Shown here piece after piece: positions 29,649 through 39,348 of a stretch of DNA of 64,000 nt. The stretch spans positions 32,001 to 96,000 of the forward strand of contig JBNGDF010000001.1 of assembly GCA_049975265.1 (NCBI GenBank), written 5' to 3'. This stretch comes from Fidelibacterota bacterium (GTDB lineage: Bacteria; Fidelibacterota; UBA2242). Positions within the stretch are counted from its first letter, which is position 1. Each line of letters opens with the position of its first letter. Below the pieces are notes generated by a model. It was not told the origin of the DNA. It was given only the letters and a program-made list of their open reading frames with translations, and did not search any database. A program made the translations under genes and the position numbers.

Positions 29649-31310
29649 ATGAAAAAAATAACCATTCAAATCAATCAGGGTCCCCAAAGACAGATTCAAC
29701 CCGGTCTGACCATTCGAGAGTTGCTTCAGAAATACGACAGCGACCACCAGTCCCTGGAATATATTGCCGTCAAAAACAATCTCTTTGCCTGTTTAAATGA
29801 AACGATCACCGAAAATTCCACCATTGGCACATACACCCGGTTTTTCGAATCCTCTCGCCGCGCCTATGAAAATGCCGCTGTCATTATGCTCCAATACGTT
29901 ATGGAACGATACCTTCGCGATAAAAAACTATCCATCCTACACAGTATGGCAGACGGTGTCTATTGCGAAATCAATCAGGGAGAGCCGCTACCCGCCGGGG
30001 CAATCAAGACCCTGAAAAGCGGTTTCGCCGAACTCGTCTCCGCCGACATTCCGATCATCCCAAAACTCTGTACAAAAGAAGAAGCAACCCGCTATTTTCG
30101 CCAGAACAATCGCCCCGACACAGCGGATTTGCTCAAATATTGCTCTCTGAATTATTTAATGCTTTATGAATTAAAAAGACGTTGCTACTGGCTCCCCAGT
30201 CCACCGGCACCCTCAACCAGCCTGATCAATACCTATGACATTCTAAAATACAAACGGGGTTTTGTTCTCCGCATTCCCACGGAGAGCAAACCCGGCGAAC
30301 TACAGCCTTTCTATAATCAGCAACGCCTTTATGAAATCTTCAACGAAGCCGAACGCTGGGGACAGATTCTGGAACTGTCCAACATCTGTCAGTTGAACGA
30401 CCTGATTGCCAGCAACAGCATTTCCGATATTATCAAAATTTCCGAGGCACTGCACGAAAAGAAGATTGCCGCCATTGCCGATAAAATCGACCACACTCAT
30501 CAGGATAAACGCCTTATTTTTGTCGCCGGTCCATCATCCTCTGGCAAAACCACCTTTATGAAACGCCTGTATATCCAGCTGCGTGTTCTCGGCCACAAAG
30601 TCATCAGTATCTCTCTTGACAACTACTTCAAAGACCGTGATGAGCTGACCAGAGAACAGGGCGGGAACCTGGATTACGAGGTACTCGAGGCACTTGATTT
30701 GAAGCTGTTGAACGACCATCTCGGTCAGTTGCTCAAAGGAAAATCTGTTGTGCCCCCGGTCTACGACTTTGTATCCGGAAAAAAGACACCTGCCAAGGGC
30801 GAAATTCGCTCCGACAAAAACACCTTCTTCATCATTGAGGGTATTCATGGCATCAATCCAGGACTGGCGGAAAGCATCGACGATCGCTACAAATTCAAAA
30901 TCTACCTGAGTGCACTGACCCACCTGAACTTCGATGACACCAACCGCATCCCGACACACGATACCCGTTTGATTCGCCGGATCGTTCGGGATGCCAAATA
31001 TCGTGGCTACTCAGCGGCGGACACGATCAAGATGTGGAAAAAGGTCGTAGAGGGAGAAAAGAGATATATTTTTCGTTTTCAGGGCACCGCCAATATTATG
31101 TTTAATTCTTCCCTCGCCTACGAACTCTGTGCTTTGAAACAGCCCGCCGAAATCGCCCTGAAACAGGTTGACTCCAACGATCAAAGCCACCCTGAGTCAG
31201 AGCGTTTGTTAAGTCTGTTAGCCTATTTCTTGCCTATCGATATCAAGGAGATCCCCCAAAATTCCATTCTGAGAGAATTCATTGGAGAGAGCTCCTTCAG
31301 TTATCATTAA
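29649..31310 (+). CDS. Nucleoside kinase: N-terminal ThrRS-like (TGS/editing) domains + uridine kinase/PRK domain
   Basis: AGPSSSGKTT, ISLDNYF, EGIHGIN, RLIRRIVRD..YRG, FNSSLAYEL. Confidence 0.85.
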   Translation: MKKITIQINQGPQRQIQPGLTIRELLQKYDSDHQSLEYIAVKNNLFACLNETITENSTIGTYTRFFESSRRAYENAAVIMLQYVMERYLRDKKLSILHSMADGVYCEINQGEPLPAGAIKTLKSGFAELVSADIPIIPKLCTKEEATRYFRQNNRPDTADLLKYCSLNYLMLYELKRRCYWLPSPPAPSTSLINTYDILKYKRGFVLRIPTESKPGELQPFYNQQRLYEIFNEAERWGQILELSNICQLNDLIASNSISDIIKISEALHEKKIAAIADKIDHTHQDKRLIFVAGPSSSGKTTFMKRLYIQLRVLGHKVISISLDNYFKDRDELTREQGGNLDYEVLEALDLKLLNDHLGQLLKGKSVVPPVYDFVSGKKTPAKGEIRSDKNTFFIIEGIHGINPGLAESIDDRYKFKIYLSALTHLNFDDTNRIPTHDTRLIRRIVRDAKYRGYSAADTIKMWKKVVEGEKRYIFRFQGTANIMFNSSLAYELCALKQPAEIALKQVDSNDQSHPESERLLSLLAYFLPIDIKEIPQNSILREFIGESSFSYH

Positions 31311-31346
31311 AAATCCCGTCAAATCTAATTCGGCTCGTTTTTCCCA

Positions 31347-31769
31347 TTAAAACGGGATGTCCTCGTCGCCGGAATTACTATTCCCCTCATCTTTGGAGGT
31401 GTCATTGCCGGATTTTCCCTTGCCGACCATTCCACCCAAAATGGTTATCTGGTCGACCTGAACCTCTGTTTTGCTCCGTTTCTGACCCTCTTTGTCATCC
31501 CATGAACGAGTCTGCAGGCGCCCTTCAGCATAAACCAACTGCCCCTTTTTGAGCCACTCCTTTGCAAATTCAGCCTGCGCCCGCCACATTACCAGATTGT
31601 GCCATTCGGTTTTCTCGTTGCGCTCACCGTTTTTGTCCTTATAATACTCGGTAGTCGCCAGAGAAACATCCGCCACCGCATCCCCGCTGGGTGTGTAGCG
31701 TACTTCCGGATCACGACCCAAATGTCCCACGAGAATCACCTTGTTAATGCTTCCTTTCGGTAAAGCCAT
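31347..31769 (-). CDS. ssb: Single-stranded DNA-binding protein
   Basis: SINKVILVGHLGRDPEVRYT, TEWH, EGRLQTRSW, acidic DEDIPF tail. Confidence 0.97.
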   Translation of the reverse strand: MALPKGSINKVILVGHLGRDPEVRYTPSGDAVADVSLATTEYYKDKNGERNEKTEWHNLVMWRAQAEFAKEWLKKGQLVYAEGRLQTRSWDDKEGQKRSKTEVQVDQITILGGMVGKGKSGNDTSKDEGNSNSGDEDIPF

Positions 31770-31844
31770 AATCTCTTCCTCCTCTTTTTAAACGTTGTAA
31801 TCCCTCGCATTGGAGCGACTAATACATATAAAACTGTTGCTTAA

Positions 31845-31873
31845 ATTATATTGATATTTTCTATTTATGTCAA
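31845..31873 (-). promoter_or_regulatory. Consensus sigma70 promoter for ssb
   Basis: Minus strand TTGACA (31873-31868), 17 nt, TATAAT (31850-31845). Confidence 0.85.
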
Positions 31874-31880
31874 CTTTTTT

Positions 31881-33287
31881 TTAAACGGCGTTCTTCAGTT
31901 TTTCTTTAATATTTCCGATAAACTGTGAAAACTGTTCGTCTTTCTCACAGCGGTCTTCTACGCTTTTACAGGCGTGCACGACGGTGGAGTGATCTCTGCC
32001 ACCGAAATATATGCCAATTGTCTTTAGCGAGAGATTCGTATATTCCCGGGCAAGATACATTGCGACCATCCGCGCCTCCGCCACCTCTTTGGTACGGGAT
32101 TTCCCCACCAGTGAATCCAGATTGACCGAATATACCTCACCGACGGATTTCTGGATATCTTCGATCGACAAAATACTCCTCTTCTCAATCGTGCCGGTCT
32201 CCCGCAAAACCTTCCTTGCCAACAATATATCCACATCAACCTTCATGAGTGATGAATACGCCAGCAGTCGGATTAGAAGACCCTCCAGCTCCCTGATATT
32301 TGATTTGACATTTTGGGCAATGTACTCAATCACTTCAAACGGCAAGTCCAGCTTGTCATCCTGGGCTTTTTTATTCAGTATCGCAATCCTCGTCTCCAGG
32401 TCCGGCGGCTGAATATCCACTGTCAAACTGGATTGAAACCGCGACAATAGGCGCTCCTGCAATCCTTTCAGCTCCAGCGGTGGTCGGTCGGTTGTCAGCA
32501 CGATCTGTTTTTTATGCTGAAACAGATCATTAAAAATGTGAAAAAACTGCTCCTGGGTCTGTTCCTTATTCTGGAAAAATTGAATGTCATCCAACAGAAG
32601 CATGTCCACCCCCCGGTAATAGCGCACAAAATCGGTGGTTTTGTTCTTTTGTACGGCAGCAATGAAATCCAGGGTAAAAGTATCGCTGGAAACATAGACA
32701 ACCTTACAGGCGTTTCCAGTGGTCAGAGCATGGTTTCCAATCGCTTGCAGCAGGTGGGTTTTTCCCAGACCTGTTCCGCCATAAATTACCAGCGGATTAA
32801 AAGATGTTTTCCCGGGAGAATTGGCTACCGCGATCGATGCTGCTTTGGCAAACTGATTGCTTTTTCCCTCCACAAAATTATCGAATACATAATTTTCATT
32901 GATCCGGGTTCCGCGCTCCAGCATTCCGGTCCGAGCCTCCCGGGATTCCGTTATTTTCTCTGTAGCAGCTGCTCTGTCATTTTCACTCTCCCCCCCTTCT
33001 CCCATCTCCGCATCCGAAAGCAGAATGGTATATTTTGCATTCAGCCCGTTTCCGGTAATTTCTTTCAGTGAGCCCTGGATCAATTCTTTATAATGACTGT
33101 CCAACCAATCGAAGAAGAATTTATTGGGAACCTGAAGAAAGATGGTGTTGTCGGAAAGAGAAATTGCGCGGATCGGTTGAAACCAGGTATTAAAGGTCTG
33201 CGGCGGAACCCGCCCCCTGATTAAATCAAGACAGCGCCCCCAAATGTATTGACAGTTACCATTAGAATACATATATATTGCGCTCAA
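31881..33287 (-). CDS. dnaA: Chromosomal replication initiator DnaA
   Basis: FNTWF, FDNFV.G.SN, GGTGLGKTHL, LLDDIQF, NIRELEG, GGRDHSTVVHA. Confidence 0.98.
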   Translation of the reverse strand: MSAIYMYSNGNCQYIWGRCLDLIRGRVPPQTFNTWFQPIRAISLSDNTIFLQVPNKFFFDWLDSHYKELIQGSLKEITGNGLNAKYTILLSDAEMGEGGESENDRAAATEKITESREARTGMLERGTRINENYVFDNFVEGKSNQFAKAASIAVANSPGKTSFNPLVIYGGTGLGKTHLLQAIGNHALTTGNACKVVYVSSDTFTLDFIAAVQKNKTTDFVRYYRGVDMLLLDDIQFFQNKEQTQEQFFHIFNDLFQHKKQIVLTTDRPPLELKGLQERLLSRFQSSLTVDIQPPDLETRIAILNKKAQDDKLDLPFEVIEYIAQNVKSNIRELEGLLIRLLAYSSLMKVDVDILLARKVLRETGTIEKRSILSIEDIQKSVGEVYSVNLDSLVGKSRTKEVAEARMVAMYLAREYTNLSLKTIGIYFGGRDHSTVVHACKSVEDRCEKDEQFSQFIGNIKEKLKNAV

Positions 33288-33296
33288 CTATCTTAG

Positions 33297-33451
33297 TTAT
33301 CAACACTGCTTTATAAATCATTAGAAAACCACAACGTTATCCGGCTAGTTATATTTGAACCGTCGACAAACGAGCAACAGGCGCTTAAAAATATTCGCAA
33401 CGAGACCTAAAATCTCTCCCCCAACAACCAGTTATCAACAACCTATCAACA
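33297..33451. promoter_or_regulatory. DnaA boxes in the dnaA-rpmH intergenic region (autoregulation and/or origin sub-region)
   Basis: TTATCAACA at 33297-33305 and 33432-33440; CTATCAACA at 33443-33451. Confidence 0.7.
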
Positions 33452-33615
33452 TGCCGTACGGCGTCCTAAATATAAAGTAACCACCCGCAGAATAAAGTCA
33501 AGTAAAAGGTCTCTGGTAAATAAAAATATTCTGTACAGGCAGTGATTGAAATCCGGTAAAATTTTTTTAAATTACATGGCTTTGCGAAAATTCAATAGAA
33601 TCTACGAAAGGTTAT

Positions 33616-33750
33616 ATGAAAAGGACATTTCAGCCAAGTAACAGAAAGCGCAAAAATAAACACGGTTTCAGGGAAAGAATGAGCAGTAATGGTGGCAAAA
33701 AGGTACTCGCCCGCCGGCGCGCCAGAGGTCGTAAAAAACTATCTGCCTAA
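33616..33750 (+). CDS. rpmH: 50S ribosomal protein L34 (not in the ORF track)
   Basis: Hand translation [44 protein letters not shown]. Confidence 0.97.
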   Translation: MKRTFQPSNRKRKNKHGFRERMSSNGGKKVLARRRARGRKKLSA

Positions 33751-34069
33751 CATTTGTAAATCTGAACGCCTGTCCAAACATAGGGATATCATTTCCTGTC
33801 TTCGAAACCGCCAATTGATCCGAGAAAAATGTGGTCCGGTTGTCGTAAATATCACACCAAACAAACAGTGGAGACTGGCTATTTTATTTCGTAGGAAAAT
33901 CGATACCGCCGTGGCACGCAACCGAATTAAGCGCAAAATCCGCGAGATTTACCGCCTGAGCAAACCACAATTATCATCACCCAAAACCATCATTTTCACA
34001 GTTTACGGTTCACCCGACGAAAAAGATTTCTCTTGTGTCAAAAAAGCACTGCTGTCAACCCGAAGATGA
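33689..34069 (+). CDS. rnpA: Ribonuclease P protein component (start uncertain: ATG 33689 or CTG 33743)
   Basis: KSERL, RNR motif [13 protein letters not shown]; lies between rpmH and yidD. Confidence 0.88.
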   Translation: MVAKRYSPAGAPEVVKNYLPNICKSERLSKHRDIISCLRNRQLIREKCGPVVVNITPNKQWRLAILFRRKIDTAVARNRIKRKIREIYRLSKPQLSSPKTIIFTVYGSPDEKDFSCVKKALLSTRR

Positions 34070-34314
34070 AAACACCGCTTCTAAATATAGTACCGATATT
34101 TTTTCTCCGCCTATACCGTCTGGCAATATCACCACTGTTGCCCAATAGCTGTCGTTTTTATCCGAGCTGCTCGGCATACTGTCTGGAGGCGTTCCAAAAA
34201 CACCGATTTTCAAGGGCGGTAATATTATCTCTTCTGCGCATTGGAAAATGCCATCCCTTTCACCCGGGCGGTTACGATCCGGTACCATTACACAAGGAAA
34301 AATACCATGGATAG
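34066..34314 (+). CDS. yidD: Membrane protein insertion efficiency factor
   Basis: YRLAISP, CRFYPSCSAY, RIGKCHPFHPGGYDPVP. Confidence 0.94.
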   Translation: MKTPLLNIVPIFFLRLYRLAISPLLPNSCRFYPSCSAYCLEAFQKHRFSRAVILSLLRIGKCHPFHPGGYDPVPLHKEKYHG

Positions 34315-36076
34315 AAAATCCCTGCTGGCTTTTGTGATCATATTCATCATTATTTTGGCAATGCCCGGCTACTTCAAACTGATTAACGGACCGGCGGAAC
34401 CTGCTCAGGAGGAGCAATATTCCACCGAACCGGGCGAATCCGCTGTTTCCCAAAAGGTCGCACAAGAGATTCCACCAGCCACCCAAAGTGCCGCCGAAGT
34501 GAGTCTGTACCAGGAAAAAGAGCAGCGCCTTATTACGGTGGAAACAGACCTGTATACAGCTCAAATCAGCTCCATCGGCGGCGGGACAATGAAAAATTTC
34601 CGTCTGAAGAAATATGACATTTTTACGGATTCCGACACTGTCCAGGTACAGATGATCAATAAACCCTCCGAATTTCCTTTATTGATCAAGTACATCAACA
34701 TCAATGGCGATTCTGCGGCTCTCGATCAAAATTTTACCGTTAAAACCATAAGCGGTCACTCTGCAGATCAGAACAGTCTAGTTTTGTCCGGGAACGATGA
34801 GATTTCCATTACATTTGTACTAGATAATAAGAACAATGAAACCCTTGCCACAAAAACCCTCACCTTTTACGGAAACCGGTATACCATATCACTGGAAACA
34901 GATTTGAGTCGGCTGCAGAGTGAAATGGCTACCAAACATTACGATCTGGTATGGGAAGGAGGTTTGAATTATACCGAACCCAATCTGAACGATGAATTAC
35001 GCTACGCCAAGGCGTATGCTTATAGCGGCGGTGAGACCGATGCCCTGGATGTGAAAAACAACAAACGTGACGAATCGCGCTTTACCGGTAAAACGGATTG
35101 GGCTGCCATTCGGACAAAATACTTTACGGTAGCCCTAATTACGCACGGCAACGGCATCGGCTACCGTCTCGCAGGAACAGGGATCCCCATGGATGGTAAA
35201 AACTTTTCCAAAGAGTTCTCCATGCAGGTATCTCTCCCCGTCGAAAAAACCAGCCAGACGACAGTGTATATGGGACCACTCGAATATACAGCCATAAAGT
35301 CTCTGAACGTCGACTTGGAAAACATTATGAGCCTTGGCAAGCTGCTCAAACCCATCAGCAAGGGAATATTGTGGATTTTTCTGCGATTGCATACTGTTCT
35401 ACCCAACTATGGCTGGGTTCTGATCGTCTTTGCCTTTCTTGTTAAAATCGTACTCCATCCTCTGACCAACAAGTCCATGCAGTCCATGAAGGAAATGCAA
35501 AATCTTCAACCCAGGATTGAGGAGCTTCGCCGGAAATATCAAAAGGACCCCCAGAAGCTGAATGCCGAAACGATGAAACTGTATAAAGAGCACGGTGTCA
35601 ATCCAATGGGAGGTTGCCTTCCGCTTCTTTTGCAGATGCCGATTCTGATCACCCTTTTCACCGTTTTCCGCTCCACCATAGAGTTGCGCCATGCACCGTT
35701 CATCTGGTGGATTACCGATCTCTCAGCTCCGGATACCATCTATACACTGCCCTTCGCTATCCCGATCTACGGACGCCATGTAAACGTTTTACCCATCATC
35801 ATGGCGCTTTCAACACTGATTCAGCAAAAACTCAGTGGCAGTGCCAGCTCGAATCCGCAACAGAAGATGATGGCTTATTTAATGCCCATTATGTTCTTTT
35901 TTATGTTCAACCAATTTCCCTCCGGCTTAAATCTGTACTATACACTCTTCAATTTATTAACCATCGCGCAGCAGAAATTAATTCCCGCCAAGCCGAAAAA
36001 GCGTAAACCTAAAAGCAATCGCCCGTCTACGATCGAAACACTGCGCCAGATTCAATCAAAAACGAAACACAGATAA
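34307..36076 (+). CDS. yidC: Membrane protein insertase
   Basis: NYGWVLI, KSMQSMKEMQNLQP, VNPMGGCLPLLLQMP, WITDLSAPD, PSGLNLYY. Confidence 0.96.
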   Translation: MDRKSLLAFVIIFIIILAMPGYFKLINGPAEPAQEEQYSTEPGESAVSQKVAQEIPPATQSAAEVSLYQEKEQRLITVETDLYTAQISSIGGGTMKNFRLKKYDIFTDSDTVQVQMINKPSEFPLLIKYININGDSAALDQNFTVKTISGHSADQNSLVLSGNDEISITFVLDNKNNETLATKTLTFYGNRYTISLETDLSRLQSEMATKHYDLVWEGGLNYTEPNLNDELRYAKAYAYSGGETDALDVKNNKRDESRFTGKTDWAAIRTKYFTVALITHGNGIGYRLAGTGIPMDGKNFSKEFSMQVSLPVEKTSQTTVYMGPLEYTAIKSLNVDLENIMSLGKLLKPISKGILWIFLRLHTVLPNYGWVLIVFAFLVKIVLHPLTNKSMQSMKEMQNLQPRIEELRRKYQKDPQKLNAETMKLYKEHGVNPMGGCLPLLLQMPILITLFTVFRSTIELRHAPFIWWITDLSAPDTIYTLPFAIPIYGRHVNVLPIIMALSTLIQQKLSGSASSNPQQKMMAYLMPIMFFFMFNQFPSGLNLYYTLFNLLTIAQQKLIPAKPKKRKPKSNRPSTIETLRQIQSKTKHR

Positions 36077-36087
36077 CCCGTCACCCC

Positions 36088-37452
36088 ATGATTCGTGGAC
36101 ATTCACCTACCATCATCGCCCTGTCGACACCCCGGGGATATGGTGGCATTGCAACTGTCCGACTTTCCGGTCCCGACGCCCGACGAATCGCCGAAAAAAT
36201 CTTTCGCTCAAAGCAGCCCCTGATTCACCAAAAAGCTGTTTTGGGAAGTCTCTATGACCATAAAGGCTTTATCGATACCGCTGTTTCCACCTATTTCCAA
36301 GCACCGGACTCTTATACCGGCGAAGATCTTGTTGAAATTACCCTTCACGGAAATCCCTATCTTTGCGATCTGGTGATAGCCGCCTGTCTGGAACACGGCG
36401 CTCAACCAGCCGGACCGGGAGAATTTACCCAGAGAGCGTTTCTGAACGGTAAAATGGACCTTAGTCAGGCTGAAGGGGTCGCCGATTTGATCTATTCCAC
36501 ATCACGTTCCGCTCAAAAAATTTCTTCCGATCTTCTAAAAGGCTCCTTTGGAAAAGAGATCAGAAAACTAAAATCGAATCTGATTGACATTCTTTCCGCC
36601 GTGGAGCTTGAGATGGATTTTCAGGAGGAAGAGGTAATGGTCTTCTCACCACCTGATTTACGAAAAAAGATGTCAGCACTGATTAAGAAAATCGACGTTC
36701 TTATCAAAAGCTACGAGGTAGGCAGAATTTTGCGGGAGGGCATCTGCTGCCCGATTATCGGTCCCCCAAACAGTGGTAAATCGAGTCTTTTTAATGCATT
36801 CCTTCAGGAAGAACGGGTCATTGTTTCACCGCACCCAGGAACCACGCGGGATTTTATTGAAGAGGTTGTCCGGATCGGCAATTATCAGATTCGTTTCATA
36901 GACACAGCCGGACTGCGGGAGTCCAACAGTCGAACTGAGTCCGCCGGAATCCGGAAAACGCTCCAGTTGATCCGGGCGGGAGATATCATCCTTTATGTAG
37001 TTGACATATCCAAACCACTGAAAAAACGTCCCGATCTGCCCCCCTCGATAATAAATAAAACGTTTTTCGTCCTTAATAAGATCGATATTGCCGACTCCAA
37101 GAGAGTACAAGCATCATTAAAGATCATCGGTAATTATCCCCATATTTTATGTTCTGCCCTAAAAAAAGAGGGCGTGCCAAAAATCCCCGAAGCAATTATC
37201 GAACAGACCGAAACCAAAATCCGGAAATTTGGCGACATCCAGATTCTTTCAAAGCAGCGTCATAAAAACGCCCTTTCTCAAACAAAAAAATATTTGACAC
37301 TTGCAAAGCGAAACCTGACCAAGAAATTCGCTCCGGAAATCATCGCCATCGATCTTCGGGAGGCACTGAACGGGCTCGATACCATTTTGGGAAAAACGGA
37401 CAATGAAGATGTGTTAAACCATATTTTTAGTCATTTTTGTATTGGAAAGTAG
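36088..37452 (+). CDS. mnmE: tRNA modification GTPase
   Basis: SYTGED.VEI..HG, GEFTQRAFLNGK, GTTRD, DTAGLR, terminal FCIGK. Confidence 0.96.
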   Translation: MIRGHSPTIIALSTPRGYGGIATVRLSGPDARRIAEKIFRSKQPLIHQKAVLGSLYDHKGFIDTAVSTYFQAPDSYTGEDLVEITLHGNPYLCDLVIAACLEHGAQPAGPGEFTQRAFLNGKMDLSQAEGVADLIYSTSRSAQKISSDLLKGSFGKEIRKLKSNLIDILSAVELEMDFQEEEVMVFSPPDLRKKMSALIKKIDVLIKSYEVGRILREGICCPIIGPPNSGKSSLFNAFLQEERVIVSPHPGTTRDFIEEVVRIGNYQIRFIDTAGLRESNSRTESAGIRKTLQLIRAGDIILYVVDISKPLKKRPDLPPSIINKTFFVLNKIDIADSKRVQASLKIIGNYPHILCSALKKEGVPKIPEAIIEQTETKIRKFGDIQILSKQRHKNALSQTKKYLTLAKRNLTKKFAPEIIAIDLREALNGLDTILGKTDNEDVLNHIFSHFCIGK

Positions 37453-37453
37453 A

Positions 37454-37469
37454 CGTTCCACGTGAAACA
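37454..37469. other. parS centromere-like site overlapping the mnmG GTG start
   Basis: CGTTCCACGTGAAACA versus canonical TGTTTCACGTGAAACA. Confidence 0.8.
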
Positions 37470-39348
37470 GGGTTTTGAAAATATCATCATTGGCGGCGGT
37501 CACGCCGGCGCGGAGGCAGCCCTTGCCTCCGCCCGTATGGGCATTCCCACGCTTTTAATCACCATGGAAAAATCCGCCATCGCCAGAATGTCCTGCAACC
37601 CCGCCATCGGCGGCCTGGCGAAAGGGCATCTCGTGGCGGAGATTGATGCCCTTGGCGGTGAAATGGCAAAGGTTATTGACGAAACCGGGATTCAGTTTCG
37701 AATGCTGAATCGCTCAAAAGGGCGAGCCGTCTGGTCACCCCGCGCACAAGCCGATAAAATCCGTTATTCTAAGTCAATGATTCGTCGTCTCACCGATCAG
37801 GCGAATCTGGAAATTCTCGAAGATACCGCCACCGGGATTACCACTGAAAGCGGAAGAGTTGTTGCCGTCAACACGAAAAACCACAGCAAAATCGGCTGCA
37901 AAACAGCCATTATTACAGCCGGAACATTTCTAAACGGCTTAATTCATATCGGTCTCGACCATCAAAAAGGTGGTCGCCTGGAGGAAGACTCCGCCGAGGG
38001 TCTGACAGAGTCATTGAACGCCATGGGAATCCGGTCGGGTCGCCTGAAAACCGGGACCCCACCGCGAATCCACAGAGATTCTATCAATTTTGACCGGCTT
38101 ACACATCAATACGGCGACGAAAATCCGATCCCCTTTTCCTTTCAGACCACCGACTTTCACCCGAAAAATATCCCCTGCTATATTACCCACACCAATCCCA
38201 CAACACATGCAATCCTTCGGTCCGGTCTGGACCGCTCGCCTCTATACATCGGTCGAATAAAAGGTGTCGGTCCACGCTATTGTCCCAGTATCGAAGATAA
38301 AATCGTTCGTTTCCGGGACAGATCTTCCCATCAGGTCTTTATCGAACCGGAGTGGGAAGATTCTTATCAGTACTACGTCAACGGTTTTTCCACCAGTTTG
38401 CCGAGCGACATTCAGGAAAAGGGATTACAGTCTGTACCAGGTCTGGAAAATGCTCATATCATCAAGCTCGGCTATGCTATTGAATACGATTTTTTTCCCT
38501 CTTTTCAACTAAAACAGACTCTCGAGACAAAGGCTGTCAGCGGACTTTATCTGGCTGGACAGGTAAACGGTACTTCCGGTTATGAAGAAGCCGCCGCTCT
38601 CGGGCTGATAGCCGGCATTAACGCCGCCCTGAAAATTATGCACGAACCCTCTTTCTCCCTCTCCCGCTCTGAGGCCTATATCGGCGTCCTTATCGACGAC
38701 CTGATTACAAAAAGTCCCACAGAGCCATACCGTATGTTTACCTCCAGCGCGGAATATCGGCTGCTTCTCCGGTTTGACAATGCCGACCAGCGCCTGTCCC
38801 AGTACGGACACCAGTTTGGCCTCATCCCGGACAGACTGTATCAATCATCACAACAAAAAAAACAGCTCATCAACGAAACAATCTGCTATCTGCGGCAAAC
38901 GTCTCTCGGTCCGGCGATCCTTAACCCCATTTTGACCAGTAAAATGGAGAGTCCCGTTAAATCCGGTTTAAGCCTGTACAAACTGCTTTGTCGTCCCGGG
39001 ATTCAGATAGACGATCTTTTCCCTTTTATTCCGGAACGCCTCATTACCCATTTTCACCAGATCAAAGGGCTTTCCGAGCAGATCGAGCTGGATGTCAAAT
39101 ATCACGGCTACATCCAACGCCAGCTGAACCAGATTAAAAACCAGGTTCGTCTGGAACATGTTCACCTGCCGGCAGACCTCGACTTTCAAACAGTTCACTC
39201 CATTACAAAAGAGGCGCGCGAGAAACTCAATCGGATGCATCCGGAGACCTTAGCGCAGGCAGCCCGGATTCCGGGCGTCTCCCCGGCGGATATCACGGCA
39301 CTGCTGATCCTTCTGAAAAAACAGGGTGTTTCACGTGAAACCGGATAA
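37462..39348 (+). CDS. mnmG: tRNA uridine 5-carboxymethylaminomethyl modification enzyme
   Basis: GGGHAGAEA, MSCNPAIGG, RLKTGTPPR, GPRYCPSIEDK, AGQVNGTSGYEEA. Confidence 0.97.
   Translation: MKQGFENIIIGGGHAGAEAALASARMGIPTLLITMEKSAIARMSCNPAIGGLAKGHLVAEIDALGGEMAKVIDETGIQFRMLNRSKGRAVWSPRAQADKIRYSKSMIRRLTDQANLEILEDTATGITTESGRVVAVNTKNHSKIGCKTAIITAGTFLNGLIHIGLDHQKGGRLEEDSAEGLTESLNAMGIRSGRLKTGTPPRIHRDSINFDRLTHQYGDENPIPFSFQTTDFHPKNIPCYITHTNPTTHAILRSGLDRSPLYIGRIKGVGPRYCPSIEDKIVRFRDRSSHQVFIEPEWEDSYQYYVNGFSTSLPSDIQEKGLQSVPGLENAHIIKLGYAIEYDFFPSFQLKQTLETKAVSGLYLAGQVNGTSGYEEAAALGLIAGINAALKIMHEPSFSLSRSEAYIGVLIDDLITKSPTEPYRMFTSSAEYRLLLRFDNADQRLSQYGHQFGLIPDRLYQSSQQKKQLINETICYLRQTSLGPAILNPILTSKMESPVKSGLSLYKLLCRPGIQIDDLFPFIPERLITHFHQIKGLSEQIELDVKYHGYIQRQLNQIKNQVRLEHVHLPADLDFQTVHSITKEAREKLNRMHPETLAQAARIPGVSPADITALLILLKKQGVSRETG

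Noticed and set aside
29649..31310. ThrRS-like + uridine kinase fusion as novel
   Set aside because: This is a known, widespread architecture of about 550 aa in anaerobes.
33288..33615. dnaA-rpmH gap as the sole oriC
   Set aside because: Only about three boxes, and the + strand stays C-rich for another 13 kb or so; autoregulation is more likely, although a bipartite origin is not excluded.
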